NCBI GenBank assembly: GCA_963741965.1
Contig: CAVUKC010000001.1
Coordinates: 602,794 to 666,793, forward strand
DNA length: 64,000 nt
Direction of reading: 5' to 3'
Source of the DNA: an uncultured Chloroflexia bacterium
GTDB lineage: Bacteria > Chloroflexota > Chloroflexia > Thermomicrobiales > UBA6265
The translations under genes and the position numbers were made by a program. Numbering within the stretch: position 1 is the first letter of the stretch; each line of letters starts with the position of its first letter. The notes beneath the pieces are model-generated. The model saw nothing but the letters and a program-made list of their open reading frames with translations, made no database searches and was not told the DNA's origin. This document shows positions 44,216-53,940 of this stretch, piece after piece.

Positions 44216-45661
44216 CTACGACGCGCTTTCTCGCACGTCATCCAACACCTCGAAGATGACCTCGACGTCGTCCTCTGTCGTCATCCAGTTGTCGAACGCG
44301 AATCGCATCGCCGCCTTGCCGTCCCACACGGTGGTACTGGCGTAGACGCGACCGTCTGCCTGCAGCGCCGCCAGCAATTTCCGGTTGCGGCGGTCGTGTT
44401 CGTCAACGTCCCAGCCGGGATCGGTGTAGCGCAGGCAGACGACCATGAACGGCGAATCGCGCATGCGCTCGGCGTTCATCACCTCGAGCCACGGCTGCTT
44501 GTCGGCCCACTGGCTGAGCCTGAGGGCGTTCGCGAGACACCGGTCGATCAGCTCGCGGTATCCCTCGCGACCGAGGCTCCGCAGCGCGCACCAGGCGGGG
44601 ATTGCCCGCGCGCGTCGCGACATCTCCGGCGAGAAGTCATCGGCGTCCCAGCCGCCAGAACCGGCGAGATAGGCAGCGCCTGTCGTGGCGAACGCGCCTC
44701 GGACCGCCGCCTCGTCTCGCACGAACGCGAATCCGGAATCGTAGGGGACATTGAGCCACTTGTGGGCGTCGGCGCAGACGGAGTCTGCTCGCTCGATGCC
44801 CCGGACGCGGTCGCGGTGATCGCTGGACGCCGCCGCGAACAGTCCGAAGGCGGCGTCGACGTGCATCCACGCACCGCCGGGGTGCGAGGCGCACAGGTCG
44901 GCGGTGGCGTCGAGATCGTCGAACTGGCCCGTGTTGACCTCCCCGGCGTTCGCCACGACGATCACCGGTCCGTCGATATCCGCAAGCGCGGCCCGCAGCG
45001 CCTCGATGTCCGCAATTCCGCCGGGGGCGGGCACCGTCCGGACCGACTTGCGGCCGAAGCCAAGGTTGCCGAGCGCCTTGCGCGCGCTGGCGTGGATCGC
45101 CTCGCTGGAGACAACGGGGATGATCGGATGACCGCCGAGCCCGTCCTCCGCCGCGTTGAAGCCGAGCCGCTCCGACGCCCACTGTCGTGCCGCGGCGAGA
45201 CCGACAAGGTTGCTCATCGTCGCGCCGCTGGTCATCACGCCGTGCCACTCGGTTGGTAGCGAGAACAGCTCCTTCAGCCAGCGGATGACGGTGAGCTCCG
45301 TCTGCGCCGATGCCGGGCTCATGGACCAGATGCCGCCATTCTGGTCGATTGTGGAGGTGACCACGTCGCCGGCCAGCGCGCCGGGCAGCGTCCCGCCGGT
45401 GACGAACCCGAAATAGCGAGGTCCGTTGGTAGAGACGATGCCGGGTCGAGCTCGCTGCAGCCACTCCGCGACCGCCTCGCCTGGGTCGGAGCCGTGCTCG
45501 GGCAGCGGCTCGTCGAGAAGGTTCTTCATCTGCTCGGGTGTGGCGCCGGCGGTGATCGGTCGCTCGGGGAGGGCGGTGAGCCAGTCGTCTGCCAGCGCGA
45601 CGGCGCGGCGAAGCGCTTCGCGGGCAGGTAGGCTGCGGTTGTCTGTGGCTGATGTGCTCAT
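44216..45661 (-). CDS. pyridoxal-dependent decarboxylase (group II, aromatic-amino-acid/DABA decarboxylase-like)
   Basis: 481 aa from ATG 45661 (RBS CAGGAGG). PLP-lysine motif 'DAHKWLNVPYDSG' and 'TSGATMSNL'. Confidence 0.8.
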   Translation of the reverse strand: MSTSATDNRSLPAREALRRAVALADDWLTALPERPITAGATPEQMKNLLDEPLPEHGSDPGEAVAEWLQRARPGIVSTNGPRYFGFVTGGTLPGALAGDVVTSTIDQNGGIWSMSPASAQTELTVIRWLKELFSLPTEWHGVMTSGATMSNLVGLAAARQWASERLGFNAAEDGLGGHPIIPVVSSEAIHASARKALGNLGFGRKSVRTVPAPGGIADIEALRAALADIDGPVIVVANAGEVNTGQFDDLDATADLCASHPGGAWMHVDAAFGLFAAASSDHRDRVRGIERADSVCADAHKWLNVPYDSGFAFVRDEAAVRGAFATTGAAYLAGSGGWDADDFSPEMSRRARAIPAWCALRSLGREGYRELIDRCLANALRLSQWADKQPWLEVMNAERMRDSPFMVVCLRYTDPGWDVDEHDRRNRKLLAALQADGRVYASTTVWDGKAAMRFAFDNWMTTEDDVEVIFEVLDDVRESAS

Positions 45662-45745
45662 GATGTACCTCCTGAATGTGACGACACCCGGCCGCGATGT
45701 GCAGACCGGGTGTCCCATTGGGTTTTGAGATTCCTGTGTGTGGCG

Positions 45746-46925
45746 CTAGACAGCCTTGAGGGAGATCATCGGCTTGTAGGCGGAGCCGGAGTCCTCGACC
45801 TCGTCGAAGATACCGTTCTGGCGGTCCTCGACGACGGCGTTGATCTCGTTGGTGAGCTCCTCGAGCATGTCCTCCTCGAGCACGGTCTTGACGATCTTGC
45901 CCTTGCGGAAGATGACGCCCTTGCCGTTGCCGGAGGCGATGCCGACATCGGCGTCTCGCGCCTCGCCGGGTCCGTTGACCACGCAGCCCATGACGGCGAC
46001 GCGGATCGGCTCCTGCACGGTCTCGAGAACCTTGTCGACCTGGTTGGCGAGCTTGAAGAGATCGACTTCGACGCGGCCGCAGGTCGGGCAGGCGATCATC
46101 GTCGCGCCCTTCTGCCGCAGCTCCAGGCTCTTGAGGATCTCGTACGCAACGAAGACCTCTTCCTTCGGGTCGGTCGTCAGCGAGACGCGGATGGTGTCGC
46201 CGATACCCATCGCCAGCAGCGTGCCAATGCCGATCGCGCTGCGGACACTGCCGGCGCGGGGCGTCCCGGCCTCGGTCACGCCGAGGTGGAGCGGGTAGTC
46301 GTTGTCGAGACGGGCGAAGCGCTGGTACGCCTCGAGCAGCACCGGCACCTCGAACGCCTTGAGGCTGACCTTGGTCTCGTAGAAGTCGAGGTCCTCGAGA
46401 ATCTTGATGTGCCCGAGCGCGGAGCGGACGAGCCACTCGGCGCGGAGCTCGACCTGGGTCGCATTCTGCTGCGCCATCTCGTCGACGAACTCTTCGGTCA
46501 TCGGTGCGACCGAGCCGAAGTTGACGCCGATGCGGATGGGAACGCCGCGCTCCTTCGCCTTGGCAACGACCTCGCGGACATCCTCCGGCTTGCGGATGTT
46601 GCCCGGGTTGAGTCGAAGCCCGTGGATGCCGGCATCGAGCGCCTTCAGTGCGAGTGTGTGCTCGAAGTGGATGTCGGCGATCAGCGGCACCGCGGCGTAC
46701 GGGAACGATGTCCGGCAGGGCCGCCGCCGCCTTGCGGTCCGGCACGGCGATGCGAACGATCTCGCAGCCGACGCTGGCGAGGTCCTCGATCTGCGCGAGC
46801 GTCGCCTTGGGGTCGCGCGTGTCGGCGGTGGCCATGGACTGGACGCGGATCGGGTTCAGGCCGCCGATCTCGACGCCTCCGACATTGAGCACGCGCGTCT
46901 TGCGGCGCGGGGCAAGTAGTGACAT
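45746..46925 (-). pseudogene. ispG: 4-hydroxy-3-methylbut-2-enyl diphosphate synthase IspG (GcpE), interrupted by a +1 frame change near 46690-46705
   Basis: The N-terminus starts at ATG 46925 (RBS GGAGGAAA): 'MSLLAPRRKTRVLNVGGVEIGGLNPIRVQSMATADTRD...ALPDIV'. It continues in the +1 frame as ORF 45746..46690: 'PLIADIHFEH...LRLNPGNI...ACPTCGR...VMGCVVNGPGE'. The span is 1180 nt (3n+1). Confidence 0.9.
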
Positions 46926-47097
46926 TGGTATGCGTTTCCTCCATCGTGCGCGATCGGTCCGGTGACCTTTGTCGCCACACGGCATGCTGTCTTCATGGTA
47001 CGACGTTCCGCACCTCGCGGCTGTTCAGGATTGTGAAGCTCGCGACAAGAGATGTGCGGTGCACCGAATTCTGCCACCGTATTTCCCGGCGAGGCTC

Positions 47098-47154
47098 CCT
47101 GCCACGTCGACCGCAACACTCCACTGCTGTCTGCGCCGCGGTCGAAGTGGCAGG
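47098..47154. other. long stem-loop in the 284-nt rseP-ispG spacer
   Basis: 17-bp stem with one mismatch (core GCCACGTCGACCGC 47101-47114 / GCGGTCGAAGTGGC 47138-47151) and a 23-nt loop. No U-tract. Confidence 0.5.
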
Positions 47155-47209
47155 CTGGGGTTGGCGCAAGTCGCCCGGTACGGCCTCCGGTGCTGACTCC
47201 AGCTCCGAC

Positions 47210-48814
47210 CTACGGCAGGATCGACTCGCCGTCGACAATGCGGCTGACATCGTTGAACGCAACGAAGAACATCAGCGCGAGCAGCAACGCGAGCCCGGCC
47301 AGGTGCACCAGCCCTTCCTTCTCCGGTGGCAGTCGCTTGCCACCGCGGAGCACCTCGATGATCACGAACGCGAGGCGGCCACCATCGAGTGCCGGGAGCG
47401 GCAACAGGTTCAGCAGGCCGAGCCCGACCGAGATCACCATCACGATATTGCCGATGGTGAACCAGACAGGCAGGGAAGATTCGGTGATCAGCTCCGAGGT
47501 CAGCTGGCCCATGCCGACCGGACCCGCGAGGTTGTCCGAGCTCGGGGCGGTGGTGAACATCTCCTTGACACCGGTGAACGTGCCGCTGACCAGGAACCAG
47601 AATTGGTCGAGCCCCTTCGGGATCACCTCGGCTGCCGGGACCTTGTCGAAGACCCGACTGGACCGTGTGGATACACCGGCGAGGTCCTGCCACGTCTCGA
47701 GCGTCGCGTTCGCGCCGATGGCGGCCAGGGGATTGTCGCCCTCGCCAAAGGCCGGCACCGGGAGCGTGACGTCGATGGTGCGACCCTCCCGCTCAACGGT
47801 GACCGAGACATCCTTTCCGGCCGACTCCTGCAGTGCGTTGTAGAGCGAGTCGGCGTCAGTCACCTGCGTTCCGCCGATCGAGACGAGGCGGTCACCGGGG
47901 TAGAGGAGCGCCTTCGATGCGGGCGAGTCCTCGGCGACCGCCGTGAGTCGCACGGAGGTGTCGCGAAGGTCGACCGTCGTCTGGACCTGCTTGCCGTCCC
48001 GCAGCACGGTGACGTCTGCGGTGCCCTTGGGCGAAGCACCCAGGAGGGCGTCGACCTGCGCGACGGAGCTGATCTCGACGCCGTTGATGGCGACGATCCT
48101 GTCACCGGACTGCCAGCCGGCGCTCTCCGCGGGTGATCCCGCACGTACGTCACTGACCTCGATGGTGGAGAGGAACGCCTCGTCGATGCGAATGCCGGTC
48201 GCGCCCTGACCTGCAGGCGGGTCCTTGCGCGGCGTGACCGTGGTTTCGATGCGCTCGTTACCGCGCTGGATCACCACGGGAATCTCGCTGCCGGAGTTGC
48301 CGGCGAGCGCGTCCGCGAGCGCGCCGGCACGATCGACATCGTTCCCGGCGACCTCGACGATGGCGTCTCCGGGCTGCCAGCCCGCATCGGCAGCCGGAGA
48401 TCCCGGCTCGACCATGTTCACGTAGACGTGGCTGGTGTCGTTCGGCACGCCCTGCGTGGCGATCAGCACGATCGAGAGAAGTGCCGCCGCGATGAAGTTG
48501 GCGCCGGAGCCGGCCAGCAGGAAGAAGGCGCGGGCCGCCGGCCCCTTGGCGTTCATCGAGCCTGGCTCGTAGTCCGTACCGTCTTCGCCCTTGACGCGGA
48601 CGAAGCCACCGAGCGGGACCCAGTTGAGGGACCAGAGCACGCCCCGCCACATCCAGCCCTTCGCCCGCGGCGGGATGCCGATGCCGAACTCCTCCACCTT
48701 TATGCCGACGGATCGCGCGGCAAAGAAGTGGCCGAACTCGTGAGCGAGGATGATCACGGCGAGCATCGGGATGATCAACAGGCCGGCGAAGAAGCCGTCA
48801 GAGAGGTTTGGCAC
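47210..48814 (-). CDS. rseP: RIP site-2 metalloprotease RseP (M50) with three PDZ domains
   Basis: 534 aa. 'HEFGHFFAAR' (HExxH), C-terminal 'NLLPLPALDGG'. Three PDZ-like segments: 'EPGSPAADAGWQPGDAIVEV', 'RAGSPAESAGWQSGDRIVAI', 'AEDSPASKALLYPGDRLVSI'. Confidence 0.9.
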   Translation of the reverse strand: MPNLSDGFFAGLLIIPMLAVIILAHEFGHFFAARSVGIKVEEFGIGIPPRAKGWMWRGVLWSLNWVPLGGFVRVKGEDGTDYEPGSMNAKGPAARAFFLLAGSGANFIAAALLSIVLIATQGVPNDTSHVYVNMVEPGSPAADAGWQPGDAIVEVAGNDVDRAGALADALAGNSGSEIPVVIQRGNERIETTVTPRKDPPAGQGATGIRIDEAFLSTIEVSDVRAGSPAESAGWQSGDRIVAINGVEISSVAQVDALLGASPKGTADVTVLRDGKQVQTTVDLRDTSVRLTAVAEDSPASKALLYPGDRLVSIGGTQVTDADSLYNALQESAGKDVSVTVEREGRTIDVTLPVPAFGEGDNPLAAIGANATLETWQDLAGVSTRSSRVFDKVPAAEVIPKGLDQFWFLVSGTFTGVKEMFTTAPSSDNLAGPVGMGQLTSELITESSLPVWFTIGNIVMVISVGLGLLNLLPLPALDGGRLAFVIIEVLRGGKRLPPEKEGLVHLAGLALLLALMFFVAFNDVSRIVDGESILP

Positions 48815-48959
48815 GAGGACTCGTTACTCCAGGAGTGACATGGCGCGCCGGATCGTGGGCAGGTTCGGTCTTGTATCGGCGACCGGCGCGCCGCGCGGGG
48901 TTCGCCATGAGGAATGGTACAACGGCCCGGAAACATGCTCTGGGACTGGCGTACTTCCG

Positions 48960-48968
48960 TGCTAGAAT
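48960..48968 (+). promoter_or_regulatory. candidate extended -10 promoter element for ald
   Basis: 'TGCTAGAAT' (TGn + TAGAAT), 162 nt upstream of the ald ATG. No good -35. Confidence 0.35.
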
Positions 48969-49129
48969 GCCTCGATTGTGGGCCGCAGCAAGGTGATATC
49001 CGGCTGGGCGCGCCACGGAACCGGCATGGTGTCAGCGGTGGCTGGACGGCCGTTCCGGCGGTGCATCGAAACAGGAAGCTCGCACGGGCACGTGGCGGGC
49101 TTCAGTAGAGTGCTTGAGGAGAAATCTGC

Positions 49130-50257
49130 ATGATCGTCGGCGTTCCCAAGGAAGTGAAGGACCGCGAGAACCGGGTTTCCTCGACTCCGGCCGCCGTTCA
49201 CGAGTACGTCGCCTCCGGCCATGACGTCATCGTCGAGACGCAGGCAGGTGTCGGCAGCGGCTTCACGGACGAGGAATACGAGGCCGAGGGCGCGCGTATC
49301 GTGCCGACACACGAGGGCGTGTTCGCCGAGGCGGACATGATCGTGAAGGTGAAGGAGCCGGTCGCCAGCGAGTACGAGCTGTTGCGCGACGGGCAGATTC
49401 TCTACACCTACCTCCATCTCGCGGCGGATGAGCCGTTGACACGCGCGCTGATCGAGCGGAGGGTGCAGGCAGTCGCCTACGAGACGGTTCAGCTTCCGAA
49501 CCGGCACCTGCCGTTGCTCGCGCCGATGAGCGAGGTGGCCGGCCGCATGTCGATCCAGGTCGGCGCGCACTACCTGGAGAGCCCGAACGGTGGCATCGGC
49601 ACCCTGCTCGGAGGGGTCCCAGGCGTTCACCCCGGCGAGGTAGTGGTCATCGGCGGTGGCGCCGTCGGCACCAACGCGGCCAAGATGGCGCTCGGGCTCG
49701 GCGCGAACGTCACGATCATCGAGCTGAGCCTCGACCGCCTGCGCTACCTCGACGATGTGCTCCATGGGCGGATCAACCTGGTGGTGTCGACGCGAAAGAC
49801 GATTGCCGATGCTGTCGCGAAGGCGGACCTCGTCGTGGGCTCGGTGCTGATACCAGGCGCGCGGGCTCCGAAGCTGGTGACGAGTGACATGGTCGCGTCG
49901 ATGCGTCCCGGCGCGGTGATGGTTGATGTGGCGATCGACCAGGGCGGCTGTTTCGAGACGTCGCACCCGACCACCCACAGCGACCCGACCTATCTGGTTG
50001 ACGATATCATCCACTACTGCGTGACCAACATGCCGGGCGCCGTCGCCCGTACGAGCACGCTGGCGCTGTCATCGGCGACGCTGCCGTATGGCATCCGGCT
50101 CGCCAGCCAGGGGTTCATCGACGCGGTCACCGCTGACGAGGCGCTGGGCAAGGGGGTCAACGTCATGGACGGCCGAGTGACCCATAAGGGGGTGGCAGAT
50201 GCGTTCGGTATTCCGTACGTGCCGCTGGCCGACGCGGTGTCCACCTACCATGTCTAA
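49130..50257 (+). CDS. ald: alanine dehydrogenase
   Basis: 375 aa. 'MIVGVPKEVKDRENRV' and 'VVVIGGGAVGTNAAKMA' are classic Ald motifs. Confidence 0.95.
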   Translation: MIVGVPKEVKDRENRVSSTPAAVHEYVASGHDVIVETQAGVGSGFTDEEYEAEGARIVPTHEGVFAEADMIVKVKEPVASEYELLRDGQILYTYLHLAADEPLTRALIERRVQAVAYETVQLPNRHLPLLAPMSEVAGRMSIQVGAHYLESPNGGIGTLLGGVPGVHPGEVVVIGGGAVGTNAAKMALGLGANVTIIELSLDRLRYLDDVLHGRINLVVSTRKTIADAVAKADLVVGSVLIPGARAPKLVTSDMVASMRPGAVMVDVAIDQGGCFETSHPTTHSDPTYLVDDIIHYCVTNMPGAVARTSTLALSSATLPYGIRLASQGFIDAVTADEALGKGVNVMDGRVTHKGVADAFGIPYVPLADAVSTYHV

Positions 50258-50396
50258 CCGGACGTAGTATGGTTATGTCCGACGTGCCTTCGATGCCGCT
50301 TCTGGCTGGCGGCATCGGGCGAACACCTGTGCACATGTCTCCCGCCGCAACGGTCGCCTGATCGCGCGGTGACAGACAATAGAGGGGGAATCTCGC

Positions 50397-51410
50397 GTGA
50401 ATCTTCGGATCGAGGCCTTTCTGGAATATCTGGAAAGCGAACGGGCGTTTTCCGACAACACGATTGCGGCCTACCGAAACGACCTCAACCAGCTGGCCGC
50501 ATTTCTGGAGGCGCCGCCCGAGCCGTTCACGCTTGTGCCGGTGACCGAGATCCAGGATCTTCGCGACGACCACCTCTACGCGTTCGCCGACTATCTGGGA
50601 ACGCTGGATTACGCGTCGTCCACGGTGGCGCGAAAGATGGCCGCGTTGAAGTCGTTTGCGAGCTATCTTCACCGCTCCGAGGCGACCGAGAACCTGTTGG
50701 GCCGCGACCTGGTAGTGCCCCGCGTCAAGAAGGCGCGGCCACGCGCGATCACGACCGCCGAGGTCGAGATGCTGCTCCAGTCGCCGCTGACCCAGCAGCC
50801 GGCGCGGCCCGAGCAGGTTCGCGATGTGGCAATGCTCGAGCTGCTCTATGCCTCCGGTTTGCGCGTCAGCGAGCTCGTATCACTCGATGTCGATGACCTC
50901 AACTTCGATCAGCGCACGCTCGTACTGCGCGGCAAGCGCGGCGCCGACCGCACCGTGCCGCTGCCGAACCGCAGCGTGCGGTCCCTGCAGGCGTGGCTCG
51001 GCGACCCGCGCGCGGCGATTGCCAACCGAGGTGAAACTGCGCTGTTCGTCAACCACCGGGGTAATCGGCTGACACGCCAGGGCTTTTGGCTCATTCTCAA
51101 GGCGTACGCCAGCCGGGTTGGCATCAAGGAAATCACCCCACACACGCTGCGGCACTCGTTCGCGGCGCATGCGATGGACCGCGGCATGGACCTCAAGGAG
51201 CTGCAGCAGCGCCTCGGGCACGTCAGCAGTGTGACGACGCAGGTCTACCAGCAGATGAAGAACGGCTCCTCCAGGAACGGCTCCGGTTCGAATGGCGCGG
51301 GCAGCAATGGCGCCTCGGCCAACGGAGCGTCCGAGAACGGCGAGTCCGATGACGACGAGCAGCATGTGGAGCTTGACGAGCTGAAGCACGTCGCAGCCGC
51401 AGTGGAGTAA
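50397..51410 (+). CDS. xerD: site-specific tyrosine recombinase XerD/XerC family, with a low-complexity C-terminal tail
   Basis: 337 aa with a GTG start. N-terminal '[23 protein letters not shown]', catalytic 'HTLRHSFA' and '[12 protein letters not shown]'. Tail '[33 protein letters not shown]'. Confidence 0.85.
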   Translation: MNLRIEAFLEYLESERAFSDNTIAAYRNDLNQLAAFLEAPPEPFTLVPVTEIQDLRDDHLYAFADYLGTLDYASSTVARKMAALKSFASYLHRSEATENLLGRDLVVPRVKKARPRAITTAEVEMLLQSPLTQQPARPEQVRDVAMLELLYASGLRVSELVSLDVDDLNFDQRTLVLRGKRGADRTVPLPNRSVRSLQAWLGDPRAAIANRGETALFVNHRGNRLTRQGFWLILKAYASRVGIKEITPHTLRHSFAAHAMDRGMDLKELQQRLGHVSSVTTQVYQQMKNGSSRNGSGSNGAGSNGASANGASENGESDDDEQHVELDELKHVAAAVE

Positions 51411-51417
51411 TCCAATC

Positions 51418-52836
51418 ATGGCCCAGCAGCAACGGGAGCGCGTCGCGACGATGGACAAGATCGTCGCGCTGGCGAAGCGCCGCGGCTTCGTGTACCCGGG
51501 ATCGGACATTTACGGCGGCCTCGCCAACACGTGGGACTTCGGTCCGCTCGGGGTGGAGCTGAAAAACAACATCAAGCAGCTCTGGTGGCGAACCTTCGTC
51601 CAGCGTCGGCGGGATATGGTTGGTCTGGACGCGTCTATCCTGATGCACCCGCAGGTGTGGGTGGCCTCTCAGCACGTCACCTCGTTCAATGATCCACTCG
51701 TCGACTGCAAGACGTGCAAGGCACGCTTCCGCGCCGATCACCTCCTGGAGGAAAAGCTGGGGCGGACGGATGGAGAGTCACTCTCGCCCGACGAGCTGAC
51801 CGCAGTGATCCGGGAGGCGAACCTCGCCTGCCCGAACTGCGGCAACCGGACGCTCACCGACGCGCGCCAGTTCAACATGATGTTCAAGACGACGATCGGT
51901 CCCGTCTCTGAGTCGGGCACGGAGGTGTATCTGCGGCCGGAGACGGCGCAGGGTATCTTCGTGCAGTACAAGAACATCATGCAGACCAACCGGGTGAAGC
52001 TTCCGTTCGGCGTCGGGCAGATCGGCAAGTCCTTCCGCAACGAGATCACGCCGGGCAACTTCATCTTCCGCGTGCTCGAGTTTGAGCAGATGGAGATCGA
52101 GTATTTCATCCGCGAGGCGGAGTGGCAGCAGAGCTTCGACAGCTGGGTCGAGGCGATGGGCGAGTGGATCGATCTGATCGGGCTGGATCGCGACCATGTT
52201 CGTCTGCGGGAGCACGATCAGAACGAGCTCTCGCACTACTCGAAGCGCACCATCGACTATGAGTACAACTTCCCCGGCCCGATGGGCTGGAAAGAGCTGT
52301 ACGGCCTCGCGTATCGGACGGACTTCGATCTCCGGCAGCACCAGGAAACCAGCGGCGTCGACCTGACGTATTTCGATCAGGAGTCGCGCGAGCGGTTCCT
52401 GCCGCACGTGATCGAGCCGACCTTCGGCGTGGAGCGCACCTTCCTGACCGTCCTGCTGGATGCGTACGACGAGGAAACGACCACCGACGTCAACGGCAAG
52501 GCGGATACGCGCACTGTGCTTCACCTCGCGCCGAGGCTGGCGCCGGTGAAGGCGGCGATCCTGCCGCTGGCGAAGAAGCCTGAGCTGACCTCCGTCGCCC
52601 GAGAGCTGTTCGAGCAGGTGCAGGACACGCTCAACGTGATGGTCGACTACGACGAGACCGCGAATATCGGCAAGCGCTACCGGCGCCAGGACGAGATCGG
52701 CACGCCCTACTGCGTGACGGTCGATTTCGACTCGCTCGAGGACAAGGCCGTCACCGTGCGCGACCGCGACTCCATGGAGCAGGTTCGCGTCCCCATATCC
52801 GACGTGGCAGAATGGCTCCGGGAACGGATCTTCTGA
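51418..52836 (+). CDS. glyQS: glycine--tRNA ligase (homodimeric alpha2 type)
   Basis: 472 aa. '[25 protein letters not shown]' and class II motif 2 '[21 protein letters not shown]'. Confidence 0.95.
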   Translation: MAQQQRERVATMDKIVALAKRRGFVYPGSDIYGGLANTWDFGPLGVELKNNIKQLWWRTFVQRRRDMVGLDASILMHPQVWVASQHVTSFNDPLVDCKTCKARFRADHLLEEKLGRTDGESLSPDELTAVIREANLACPNCGNRTLTDARQFNMMFKTTIGPVSESGTEVYLRPETAQGIFVQYKNIMQTNRVKLPFGVGQIGKSFRNEITPGNFIFRVLEFEQMEIEYFIREAEWQQSFDSWVEAMGEWIDLIGLDRDHVRLREHDQNELSHYSKRTIDYEYNFPGPMGWKELYGLAYRTDFDLRQHQETSGVDLTYFDQESRERFLPHVIEPTFGVERTFLTVLLDAYDEETTTDVNGKADTRTVLHLAPRLAPVKAAILPLAKKPELTSVARELFEQVQDTLNVMVDYDETANIGKRYRRQDEIGTPYCVTVDFDSLEDKAVTVRDRDSMEQVRVPISDVAEWLRERIF

Positions 52837-52941
52837 GGAGCGAATGCGAGCCAGTCGAGGCACGACATCGCGACATACCGAGGCTGAACGGTCGCGTCGC
52901 ATCGACACGTTGACCATCGTTGGTGAAGGACCAGGAGCACT

Positions 52942-53832
52942 ATGGCAGGGAAGGACCAGTCCCGAACGCCGGAGGGCGAGGCGCAGCCGGGCAACACGTA
53001 CCGGAAGCGCGCCGAGCGTCGGCCAGAGATCGTGAAGCGCCGTCGCGAGCAGCGACGGCGCGAGTTCGAGAAGCAGCGGCGCAACTGGGTTCTGCTGCGC
53101 GCGGTATCTGGCGTCGCCATCCTGGCGATTCTCGTCGCCGCCGGCTGGTGGGGCTTCCGCCAGTACCAGGACTACCAGGTCAGTCAGGACGTGGTGTCGT
53201 ACTTCGGCATCGAAGACTATGCCGCGAACCATGTCGAGGGCGAGCTGCTGTACGAGCAGATCCCGCCGGTCGGCGGGCCGCACAACAACATCTGGCAGAA
53301 CTGCGGGTACTACAACCAGCCGATCTACAACTGGCACGGCGTCCACTCGATGGAGCACGGCGCGGTCTGGATCACATATGATCCGGATCTCCCACAGGAC
53401 GATATCGACAAGCTCCATGATCTGGCGAACCAATCGTATGTCCTGGTAAGCCCGTATCCGGGGATCGACAGCCCCGTCGTGGCATCCGTCTGGGGCAAGC
53501 AGCTGAAGCTCGATGGCGCGGACGACTCTCGGTTGGACGCGTTCATTCGCGAGTACCGGATCAACCCGGACAACACCCCCGAGCCGGGCGCGCTTTGCAC
53601 GCTCGGCGTGGACTACATGATGAATGACGGAGAGGCGCCGCAGACGGAGCCGGCGATCGTCTCCGGCTCGCCGGAGGACGTCGCGGCCGCCGAGGCGACC
53701 GCGACTGCCGAAGCGGGTGGCACGCCGGACGGCACCGTCGAGGATGCGATTGTTGGCGAGGCGACGCCGGGCACACCCGCCGGGACGCCGGTCGCGTCGC
53801 CGCAGGCAAGTCCCATCGCGACACCGGAGTAG
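52942..53832 (+). CDS. DUF3105 domain-containing membrane-anchored protein
   Basis: 296 aa. Basic N-terminus followed by TM 'AVSGVAILAILVAAGWWGF'. Core 'PPVGGPHNNIWQNCGYYNQPIYNWHGVHSMEHGAVWITYDP'. Confidence 0.7.
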   Translation: MAGKDQSRTPEGEAQPGNTYRKRAERRPEIVKRRREQRRREFEKQRRNWVLLRAVSGVAILAILVAAGWWGFRQYQDYQVSQDVVSYFGIEDYAANHVEGELLYEQIPPVGGPHNNIWQNCGYYNQPIYNWHGVHSMEHGAVWITYDPDLPQDDIDKLHDLANQSYVLVSPYPGIDSPVVASVWGKQLKLDGADDSRLDAFIREYRINPDNTPEPGALCTLGVDYMMNDGEAPQTEPAIVSGSPEDVAAAEATATAEAGGTPDGTVEDAIVGEATPGTPAGTPVASPQASPIATPE

Positions 53833-53940
53833 CGGAGCGACGACACAACAGGAGAGGCATGGTGATGGAACGGTTCAACGGACTGACGTTGTGGGGTTCT
53901 GGTCGTCGCTCGATGCGCGTGGTGCTCGTCGGCATCAGCC

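Noticed and set aside
44637-46985. A 782-aa minus-strand ORF spanning the decarboxylase and ispG region.
   Set aside because: Only its first ~75 codons after ATG 46925 are meaningful (the IspG N-terminus). The rest is read-through in the wrong frame after the ispG frame change.
50397-51410. The tyrosine recombinase as a marker of an integrated mobile element.
   Set aside because: Its sequence is XerC/XerD-like rather than phage-integrase-like. It is flanked by housekeeping genes (ald, glyQS) with a 7-nt gap. I saw no tRNA, direct repeats or compositional shift around it.
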